NCBI GenBank assembly: GCA_951406725.2
Contig: OX597818.1
Location: forward strand, 57,598,001-57,662,000
DNA: 64,000 nucleotides
From: Octopus vulgaris
Taxonomy: Eukaryota
Reading direction: 5' to 3'
This document shows positions 53,246 through 64,000 of the stretch, piece by piece. The translations under genes and the position numbers were made by a program. The number at the start of each line of letters is the position of its first letter. Position 1 is the first letter of the stretch. The notes under the pieces are model-generated. The model worked only from the letters and a program-made list of their open reading frames with translations. It was not told the DNA's origin and made no database searches.

Positions 53246-54860
53246 CGGCGTACGTACACTTTGTTCTTTTATATGTAAGTACACAGATTTCAAAATCTTG
53301 TACGACGCTATTTCTATCAGCCCTTTTACGCTTATTCATTCATTCCACTCATCGAATTTTCGTTCCCCCTCTCTCATATTTCTTTGCCTTCTCTTCTTAC
53401 TCACTTTCCCTCCACTTTTCACTTCACTGTGTACCTGTAATTTTTTCTTGCCCCTCCTTACTTCTTCTGTCCCTCTCCTTCTACTTCTATCTCTTCTCTT
53501 CTTCCTCCTTAATTCTTCTGTCCCTCTGCTTATACTTGCCTCTCTTCTCTTCCCACGTGACCGATCGGCCAAGCCTGCTCTTTCTTCCTTGGTCTTGCCG
53601 TTGTCCGTGCAACATCGATAGGTTGTTAGCTGTGTAGGTTACTTGTATTAAGTGGCAGAATGAGTTTTGTGTGTGAATATTTATTTATGTATGTACTATT
53701 TTAAAGATCGTTAAGTCTTGGTTTGTACTTTGGCTTGGAAATATTTCCTTTGTTTATCCGTGCTTCATCTGTGGTTATCACTGTACTTAGGTAGTGTGGG
53801 AAGACCTGGAATCTGGGGAACTTATTTTTGCAAATATATCTATGTGGCTGCTCAGTGGAATCCGGGGTGTCGTATTTGTTGTCGGTGAATGGTCAGTCGA
53901 TTTCTTAGAGTAAGCCTTGTTTGACCTATGTAATCTCCATTACATCCTTGAGATTTGATAGCGTTCGTGAAATTCCTTGAAGAACATGTAAAATTAGCTT
54001 TTACGGTAAAAATCTGTCCTGATTTGAATTTGGATGATGTGTCTTCAATACGGTCGATGAAATTTCCGCAAATGAGGCGGCCACACTTTTTGACTGTTGG
54101 TGTTGTAACTGTGGAAGGTAATATAGCGGCGGTTATGCGAGCTGGCAGAAACGTTAGCACGCCGGGCGAAATGCTTAGCGGTATTTCGTCTGCGTTACGT
54201 TGTGAGTTCAAATTCCGCCGAGGTCGACTTTGCCTTTCATCCTTTCGGGGTCGATAAATTAAGTACCAGTTACGCACTGGGGTCGATGTAATCGACTTAA
54301 TACCTATGTCAGTCCTTGTTTGTCCCCTCTGTGTTTAGCCCCTTGTGGGTAATAAAGAAATTGGTATTTCGTCTGCGTTACGTTGTGAGTTCAAATTTCG
54401 CCGAGGTCGACTTTGCTTTTCATCCGTTCGGGGTCGATAGATTAAGTACCAGTTACGCACTGGGGTCGATGTAATCGACTTAATACCTATGTCTGTCCTT
54501 GTTTGTCCCCTCTGTGTTTAGCCCCTTGTGGGTAATAAAGAAATAGGTTATGGAATTTTTGAGGGACTGGATTGGTTATAACTTTTCATTACTTGTATTT
54601 CAAATGGCTGTTTGATTCTAGGGTCCTATCTTAGTAGTGGGATGTTCTGTTGGATAATATTGTAAACCTCTGTGTTTTCTTGGTTTGTGAGTTGTAAAAA
54701 TGGTTGAGTGTTGGATGTATCTGGAGTGTTTTTCGTTTCTGGTAGTTCTTGGATATCTATTGCTTTGGTACTTTCTATTCTGTTGTCTATTAACATGAAT
54801 TGTGCAGGTTCCTCTGGCTAGATTAAATGGAATGTTATTCTTCGTGTGTCTGTGTGTCTT
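53110..54860 (-). mobile_element. Penelope-like retroelement 3' fragment (thumb/linker, GIY-YIG, 3' UTR), interrupted by a SINE
   Basis: HTKNNIPFNLARGTCTI and FTCSSRNFTNAIKSQGCNGDYIGQTRLTLRNRLTIHRQQIR are characteristic of PLE proteins. Confidence 0.88.
54138..54545 (+). mobile_element. Family B SINE dimer with 7-bp TSD (ggttatg)
   Basis: ggttatg at 54131-54137 and 54546-54552; two near-identical units. Confidence 0.93.
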
Positions 54861-55455
<595 letters not shown>

Positions 55456-55497
55456 TATAGAGCAAAGTGAAGTTGTAAGGTACCGCAAGAGTGGAAT

Positions 55498-55595
55498 TAT
55501 ATATGAAAGAAGGCTGGAAAATGCAATTTTAAAGGATGTTTATTCACTTTTAAACATCCTTTAAAATTGCATTTTCAAACCTTCTTTCATATATA
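55498..55595. repeat. Near-perfect palindrome, ~45-bp arms
   Basis: atatgaaagaaggctggaaaatgcaattttaaaggatgttta / taaacatcctttaaaattgcattttcaaaccttctttcatat. Confidence 0.92.
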
Positions 55596-58519
55596 TATAT
55601 ATTTATATATATATACATACAAGAATAACACGTTGAATAATCATATATTCGGCACCTCCATCCCGTTTCAGAGTATCACCAGGAATCATTGCTGATGGTT
55701 CCCCGAAATGAGATGCTAAATAAGAATACAAATCTCTGATTAGCCTCCTTTTTCTTACCATTATCACACACACACACACACACACATACACTTATATATA
55801 CATGTGTATGCTTATATATAAAGAAATATTTTACGTTCTATGTCTCAGGTCTGTTCTTTAATAACTAGGGACCTGCCACTCTTGACTACATAACAGTGCT
55901 AGTAAAATCGTTGGTAACCAGACCCGATTCTCATGGATAATGATTGTGCATGGTCAAGCGGTTGGTAACTAGAGCAGAATCATATTGATAATGGCCTTTG
56001 AATTCATTACGAGACGAAAATCGAGTTTAGAAGAACTATATTTAAAGTTTTCCACTTGTTTGTCTACGCATGTGTATACATATACAAATTTATAGAAACT
56101 TGCAGTTGGTAGAGCATCTTGATGAAGACTGCGCTAATTTTTAATCGTGTTTATTTAGAGACATCTGCGCCATCTTGTCGAGCGCCATCAAAATATATTT
56201 TGGAGCCACTTAGAAATCCTATAACTTCCATAGCGCCAGTCGGATATCATGCGAATCGTAAAAGTATATTGAGATTATGATTTAATCCGTATCAGCCGGT
56301 GCACATATGGTCTTGATACACTGGTGCAGACGTTTGTCATCATAGAATCCTGCGCACTACATTTATAATATGAATGTAACATGGACTTGAGTATGTGTAT
56401 GCGTTTTGTTAGCTAAAACGCGGCAATTGATATAGTTGAATGTCGGCGTCATTTAATACGTGGTATCTACACTAAATAAACATCTTTCATTCAGTAATTA
56501 AAATACATTTATCAATGTTATTCAACGTAGAATGCTATGTCTTCATTTTCTTGGCGAAGAAGAAAACAAAAATAATTTTCCTTGAATCTAACCTCATATT
56601 TAAGCGCTTTGAAATATGAATAACAGTTTATGGAAAAGAAGAAGCAAAACTAAATAATATATCTTCATTCACGAATTTAGTGGACAGTACACATTTTACT
56701 GGAAATATTACCGCTTAATTTAAATCATTAAGTTTTTAAAAATATATTTTCGTATTAATGATGTCTATTGTTACTGCATTTATCTTGATTGTAGGCGAAA
56801 GTAATTTCTTTCCTCTCACATATTGCATTCTGCAATAATCTTGATAAATGAAAATTTAATACTCTAAATAGTCAATGATTTCAAAAATATTTGAAAGAGA
56901 AAACAAAATACATTTTACCTAGCTTTTTTTTGTTTTTATTTCAAACTAAAGTTAACTTCCTAACTTTACATACAAATTAGAAATTATTACCTGCATTCAT
57001 TACTTAGAAATCTTTGAATAGGCGATGCATTCATTCAAAAATTAATTATGAGCTAATATATAACCTTATTGTGAATATCAGTAATCGTACTTATATTTTT
57101 TAAAAATTTTAACGTTTTGTGGACATTTTTTCCTTTCGTTTTTTTTTATTTTTTCCCAATAAATAAAATTTTCTTGGACGAACTTCAAAAAGCTATACGA
57201 AAGTTATATGAAAGTTGTATGGCTTCAAACTAACTGTAGCCCTTTGTTTGAAAATTCTTTGTTAAAATCAAAGTAGTAATATTCAGAAAGATTAAATACT
57301 GACTAACTTTAATAAAAACCATTTCAGTTACAAATGTAATACCTAGATAGATACTAGTTTAAATATTTTTATGTCGTTACAGCTTTCTTCGTTGATCTTA
57401 CAAGGGAACATAATTATGTCATTATTTATTCTATGGCATTTTATCTCTCCCATAGGAACTCTAGTACGAAAGCCATATTGCAACTAATATTCAAATCATT
57501 AAAAAACTCAAAGTTATACAATATAAGCTCGTAGAAGGAAAGCTAAAATGCATAAAAAAATATCAGAATATTTATTTTGATTTCGTAACTTTTTCACGCT
57601 CGATTACACAGCCATAAAAATCGGTTCTATAGTTTATGTGTAGTGATTGTTACTTTGCGGTATTGAAAGAGAATATATTCTCACACATCCATTCTACGAC
57701 ACTTCACACATCACTGATTATGCGTGTGATGTGATGCAAGTGTTGCAGGTTATTTGTTTGTAGATCAATGTTGTGTGCGAATTACAATTATTTTCTCTGA
57801 GAAGTCAGTTTTGTATGATATACAGTGAAGAAAGGTTTTTAACAAACAGGTAGCCGATACAAAATTGCTCACATGGACATCGCGTGATATTCTGAGGAAT
57901 TTTGTGGCTATAATGGTGTAGTTTAGAGAGTGCTAGCAGAAAATATATTGAATTGTGTATTCTATGGATAAACAAATCCCAAAGATAGGCAGTTTAGCTA
58001 TGATTTTCACGTGCCAGAAATAATCAAATATTTCACTCATTTCATGCGCAGACAAATTAGTTCATTAGAAATTTACCTCAAACATATTACTAATGACTAA
58101 TTTAGTAAGTCAATCTGAGACATGGTTGCATGGAGCAAATTATGATGGCTTTTATAGAATGAGAGTGACATGATGCATAGGGGAATTAGTTTATAAAGTG
58201 AAATTTTTAACAGGTTTTAACTGAGGAGTGAATTTATCTATAAATAGCAGATCATATAAAGAGTGAGTCCTTTTCATATTAATAGTAAATGTACAAAGTC
58301 GTTTGAAGTAGTGAAACGTTTTTTTTTTGTCTAGGTGCGTGAAAAAGCGTGTGTGTAAAATGAATGGGAGAATGTTAGAATTGTATTATTTTAAAGCTGA
58401 TACTAATATTTTCTCATTCAGCCTGTATGCATTGATGAAATATAAACAATACCAGCTATTGGGAAACGATGCAAATCTGGCCCACTATGTTTCAAAAGAT
58501 CTAATATAAGAATTGTTTA

Positions 58520-59705
58520 GATAAAACATGGATAAACTTAGATGTTTCGCTCATGGCTAACTTAATAATACCACCTGTTAGGACCTGTTACATTATTTTT
58601 AAGTCAGGTTTTGTTGTGTCATGGCCTATTCAAATTGGAAGTTGTTGTTGATTGAGATATATTCAGATATAGGTGGCTTATCTGGTATTCGTTAAAAAAA
58701 AACCGCTTGAAGTTGAGATCTTTTAGTTCTTTGATTTGTTTTGGGATAGTGTTAAATAGAGCTGGGCCTTTGGAAGAAAATCAATTGTGTTGTAGTAAAG
58801 TTAAGCGTCGCGACCCTAAATCGTAAATACTGCATTTGATGTTAAGGTCGTTTGGAATATTCTCAACATTGTGCCAATAATATATCGCCCGCGGCGTTGA
58901 TAGAGAGAATGCAATTTCAATAGTTTAAGGTGGACCCAATAATGATGATCAGTCATGTGTTTTACTGTTTCAGTGATTGTGTTCTGGGGTGACTCGATTC
59001 TCGTAATGCTTTATTGGGTCTGGGGGGACCACAGGGGACAACAGTGTTCTAGGTGTGGCCGTGCTGATAAAGAGAAAAGTGGAATGATGACAGTTTCTGG
59101 ACTGGAAAACTCTTAGGAACCAGGATCTCATCCTGTGAGCCATGTCTTCATTGTTGATGTGGGCACTTCAGCCGACAATGCTCCTAAGTCCCCTGCTGTG
59201 ATTAGTTTGTCTTTTCGAAAGTACATAAGTGCAAACTTAACCGCACCTTGCTTTCACTGCTCATGGTCCTACAAAATGTAGATTAGATTAATTTTCAATT
59301 CAGTTTTCTCTATATCTTTGAATATTTTTTATTTTGCAGTGCCTGCTGAAACTATAGATAAAAGCGGACCCAATATAATCCTTTACGGAACACCATTGGT
59401 GATATTTGCTGGGCTTGAATAGATTCCACTAATCGTAATATTCTGCACTGTTCACCAGGACATTATCTAGTGCTGCAATGAATCACGGATTCCGATATTT
59501 GACAATATTAAGAGGACAATGTTGTGATCATCTCTGTGGAAGGTTTTGCTGAAGTAAAAATTGATGTCGCCAGAGGTCAAAATATATCCTTGATAAAAAT
59601 ATATCCTTGATAAAAGCGGTGTTAGGCAGGCCTAGCCGCAGCGACAGCCATGCTGGTTGAAATTTAGAAGGCATAGATTCTCCAGGAAGCCATTGCTTGC
59701 TTATG
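58520..59705 (-). mobile_element. Decayed CR1/L2-type LINE reverse-transcriptase fragment
   Basis: Minus-strand remnants NQHGCRCG*ACLT (QHGFRSGRSCLT), FSKTFHRDDH (FSKAFDKVDH), GVP*RIILGPLL (GVPQGSVLGPLL), and C-terminal IPDKP. Confidence 0.8.
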
Positions 59706-60290
59706 GAGTCGTTAGTTATGAAGCAATATTAGTAAATTAGTGGGTAAAAATAATTTAGCTACGATACACAATTTTCCAATTTGGGGAGAATAAAAAGATA
59801 TAATTTTTAAAAGTAGGGGAACATAGATAATGCTAAGAATAGAAAATTAAATTTTCTTATATTGATCGTAGGTTAAAAATGGGTAGAGACAAGTTCTAAA
59901 CAAAGATGACGATTGGTGAAATTTTATAATTTCAAGTTCTGTTTTAATCTCTGCTTTAATCAGCATGAACAATTTATGGTCATTGGTTATACTCGTATAC
60001 TTCAGAAATATACAAATATATTCTTTCTTTTATTATGTGTGTGTGGTTTTTCATGTGATTGTTTTGAATGAGTTTATTTGGTACAGAAGATAAGGAATTG
60101 CTTCTAATGAAAGCAGGGTCTACTGTTGATTTAGATGGGTTGTCTTCACGGAAAGCATCTGTTTTGCAATGTAATCAGGTAACTGAATTTATTTGTATAT
60201 ATATATATATATGTGTCTGCGTGGGGCATTTGTTGTAAAATATGAGTATACTGGCATTGATGTAGTAACATTTGAAATATTGTCCAGGTA

Positions 60291-60365
60291 AATCCAGCTG
60301 ATGAAAACTAACCAAATTTCCGATGACAAACGTAGTTGAAGAGTCCGAAACCTAGGTACTGGATT
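60291..60365 (+). ncRNA. Type-I hammerhead ribozyme-like motif
   Basis: aatccag-CTGATGA-aaact...agtcc-GAAAC-ctag-GTA-ctggatt: 7-bp stem I, canonical core, palindromic stem III; the base of stem II is mismatched. Confidence 0.65.
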
Positions 60366-60599
60366 ATCCGATTCTGGCTTGTCCATTTATGTAACGTTCT
60401 CCCTTGAAGTAAAACAATTTTTTTTTATGTTTGCTGCCCTCACACGTCTTCGCCAGTATATACACTTTGAAGTTTCACTATAGCATCGTAAACGTATCAA
60501 CTGCTATTTCCAGTAAACATTGGTGCTTTGTTGTACCACAAATCGATATATATATATATGTTTTTGTCCTGTTATTACCATTCTTGTTTTTAAATTTAT

Positions 60600-60870
60600 T
60601 TTTGTTTTTTGTATTTATATTCGTCTGACATCGTCCGTTTTTCTGTCCTTGTTTCATATACGTTCGATCCTTTTTCCAAGAAATCTAACGCTCGCAGCTT
60701 AGTTTTTCCTTGGGTTTGGCCGGATCGGAGGGATATCAGGATTAATCAGCCGAAATTTGCTAGGATGATCCGGTTCCTGACTGAAGATTAGAGGCTTCAA
60801 ATGACCCGTCCTTTTTTTGTGTCGTCCCTGTGTATTTTGCATTCTTGTCCCATTTCGTATTTTTATATAT
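60600..60870 (-). mobile_element. PLE-terminus-like repeat homologous to 13620-13860
   Basis: Shared ccaagaaatctaa.gct..cagcttagttttt...cagccgaaatttgcta.gatgat.cgg...tgactgaagatt. Confidence 0.75.
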
Positions 60871-60881
60871 AATTTTTATAC

Positions 60882-60964
<83 letters not shown>

Positions 60965-61209
60965 ATTTGAGGTATGACATTATTATTGCTCACTGATACT
61001 TTTTCCTATCTTGTCTGTCATAGATTTGTGACTATTCGGTGGTACAGAAGTATTTTTTGACTTCTATTATTAGCGATATAGGTACTCATGTAGTACCCGT
61101 GTGTATATATGTACATATCTGATATTGTATGTATATATTTTATTAATTTGCCTGTACGGCTGATAATTACCACTTGTGATGGTATTTTAATAATACCATT
61201 CCTATATTT

Positions 61210-61289
<80 letters not shown>

Positions 61290-61905
61290 TGTGCATGTGT
61301 GTGTGTGTGTGTGTGTATGTGTGTGAGGGGGGTGTGCATGTTGTCTTCGTGTGTTGCTGTATAGATTTGGATGATAGAGCAAATTTCCCCTCATTTAAAG
61401 GCATCTTGCTTTCCACTGCTCATTTTCTTATAGAATGTAGATCAGATTAATGTTCAGGTCAATCTTCTTGTCCGTTGATAATACTTTGAATCTTAGAGTT
61501 AGTTAACTAAAATGCCTGAATGTTGGTCGTGATTGCTGTGCATTGACATAGGTAAACATTTTGTTATGACTGACTAGAATAAATTAATAAATATGACTAG
61601 GCTGGTGTTTTGTTTAACGGGGCGTGCAATATATGAGCAGAGATTTATGGGAATCATATATATATATATATATATATTATATTTTATTATATATATATAT
61701 ATATAATTCGCTACGAATCACCACAACAGCACATACAAACACATCACAAATAAAGTTATTTCTCTAATTAGGAAGCACAGATGTTTTACACGAAAACAAA
61801 TCCTTGAAAATCAACAGGAGACATAAAATTCATTAGAAACAACACATCTTTAATTACTTTTTCTAAATAAATCCAATCAAAGCCTTCAGCTGGAAGACTT
61901 CATAC

Positions 61906-61948
<43 letters not shown>

Positions 61949-62184
61949 TGCATACGCACACACACAAACATGCACACGCACACACACAAACATGCACACG
62001 CACACACACTGTAAAACACCACTGAACAAAACAGAAATAAATAAAATCATTGTCCAGGGATTTATTTCATACAAAAGCACCCATTCATAGATATATACAG
62101 GGTGGCCCAAAAGTAGGCTTACAGCTATCACGTAGGCAATTTAAATTTGTTTTAAAACAAATTTGCTACATTTAAATTTCTATC

Positions 62185-62452
62185 TCAGCGGAGACCCCCC
62201 TTCCTTCATAAATGACCATGGAATTGCACCTAGAAAGTTACCCTCCGAGGCGCAAGCCCGGACAAGATTGTTTATGAAAGGCCAGCAAATATCCATGCTT
62301 ACCAGTCTTCCCTCTCCACACCACTGATATTATCCAAGGGAAAGGGAAAGACAAAGTGCGATAGAGCTTGGCACCTGTGATGTCGCAACTAGTTTCTACA
62401 GCTGGAGCAACGTGAAATAAAGTGTCTTGCTCAAGATCACATCACGCAGCAT
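62185..62452 (-). mobile_element. SINE fragment with RTE-like tail
   Basis: Minus strand gtgatcttgagcaagacactttatttcacgttgctccag ... ctttctaggtgcaattccatggtcatt. Confidence 0.6.
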
Positions 62453-62569
62453 TTTTCTCGCGTACGCGCAGTATCGATCGCAACAGCTGATGTACATACG
62501 CGTACAAATGCACGTTCCCACGGCTTTATCGGTCGTATTCTCACCTGGAATCGATTTTTGTACTGCCCG

Positions 62570-62775
62570 ATACCTATTTCTTTACTACCCACAAGAGGCT
62601 AAACACAGAGAGGACAAACAAGGACAGACAAACGGGTGCGTAACTGGTACTTAATTTATCGATCCCGAAAGGATGAAAGGCCAAGTCAACCTCTGAGGAA
62701 TTTGAACCCAGAACGTAACGACAGAGGAAATACGGCAACGTATTTAGCCCAGCGTGCTAACGTTTATGCCAGCTG
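62570..62775 (-). mobile_element. Family B SINE
   Basis: Tail, core and head on the minus strand. Confidence 0.85.
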
Positions 62776-62892
62776 TCTCTAATACTGTCGATATCCACAC
62801 ATCAAATTTGAGCGCAATTGGATGGAGGATGCCCGAGATCCTAGAAGACACACACAGACAGACAGAACAGATTTTATATAATAGATATATAC

Positions 62893-63102
62893 TATTTACT
62901 TGTTTCAGTCATTTGATTGCGGCCATTCTGGAGAACCGCATTTAGTCGAGCAAATCGACTCCAGAACTTATTCTTTGGAAGCCTAGTACTTATTCTATCG
63001 GCCTCTTTTTGCCAAACCGCTAGGTTACGGGGACGTAAACACACACGCATCGGTTGTCAAGCGATGTTGGGGGACAAACAAAGATAGAAAAACATACACA
63101 TA

Positions 63103-63184
<82 letters not shown>

Positions 63185-63366
63185 CATATATACGACGAGA
63201 TTCTTTCAGTTTCCGTCTACCAAATCCACTCACAAGGCTTTGGTCGACCAGAGGCTATAGTAGAAGACACTTTCCTTGGTGCAAGACAGTGGGAACAAAC
63301 CTTGAACCATGTGGTTGGTAAGCAAGCTATTTACCAACCACATGATTCCGGGTTCATTCCTGCGCC
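62893..63366 (-). mobile_element. Family A SINE, full length
   Basis: Complete match with internal microsatellite. Confidence 0.9.
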
Positions 63367-63654
63367 TATATATATATATTATTTAATGTGCATAGGTAAA
63401 AAATACAAGGTGTGCCGTGCATTTCGCAGATTAAAGAGGCATGTCAAAAACTCCATACAATGGCACCGGTACCTCCTGTCACCCAGCGAACGTTGCATTA
63501 TGCATAAAAATGTGTAGATCTTTGGTGGGGCTCAAGAGTCATATAAGACTTTAAACTGCATTATGAATGACTTGGTTTAATCATTCTTTCTAGCAATGGC
63601 TATGCCCATAAACAAGAAATCAGCCACTACACACACGCACACACATATTCACAC

Positions 63655-63716
<62 letters not shown>

Positions 63717-63718
<2 letters not shown>

Positions 63719-64000
63719 TAGCAGTATCGCCCGGCGTTGCTCGGGTTTGTAAGGGAAATAACTATATAAGCATTTTTAGAGAGCTACTTCCCTTATAGAT
63801 GCCAATTCGGGCTTTCTTAGCCATTTCTGTTTTGGTGTCTGCAAGCCATGGAGTCGTTGTTCTAAAAGAACGCTGGTCTCCTTGACAACGCTTTACGACG
63901 TTGATTTCCTTACACTCTCTTCCCCACAGCTTCACGAGGTAGGGAAGAAGGGGGAGAAGCAAACAGGTGTAGGTGTGACCATGGACGCCAACTCCGCCGC
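63717..64000 (+). mobile_element. Helitron/Helentron-like element, 5' part (runs off the window)
   Basis: actagcagtatcgcccggcgttgctcgggtttgtaagggaaataactat shared with 47136. Confidence 0.65.

Noticed and set aside
62098-62125. cagggtggcccaaaagtaggcttacag, Tc1-like TIR after TA
   Set aside because: No partner TIR or transposase nearby; a solo end at best.

Overview
AT-rich, microsatellite-dense eukaryotic DNA. The SINE families and repeat landscape look like a coleoid cephalopod (Octopus-like) genome; this is inferred from repeat recognition and not verified. I cannot support any intact host protein-coding gene. Nearly all ORF-track entries are translated microsatellites, SINEs or decayed transposase/retroelement fragments. 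The window is a nest of mobile elements: two near-full-length irritans-type DD34D mariners, two further mariner derivatives, a decayed long-TIR element, a decayed Charlie/SPIN-type hAT, CR1-like and Dong/R4-like LINE fragments, several Penelope-like (PLE) fragments, Helitron/Helentron-like short elements, and >25 tRNA-derived SINE copies from at least three families. Most notable: (1) six minimal type-I hammerhead-ribozyme-like motifs from four sequence families, with palindromic stem III; (2) a Meta-domain SINE that occurs as single-head tandem multimers, two of them inside one target-site duplication; (3) a polarity-flipping (foldback) A-tract minisatellite; (4) a long-TIR element whose right arm is split by a mariner; (5) head-to-head PLE fragments. 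Coordinates were read by eye and may be off by a few bases.
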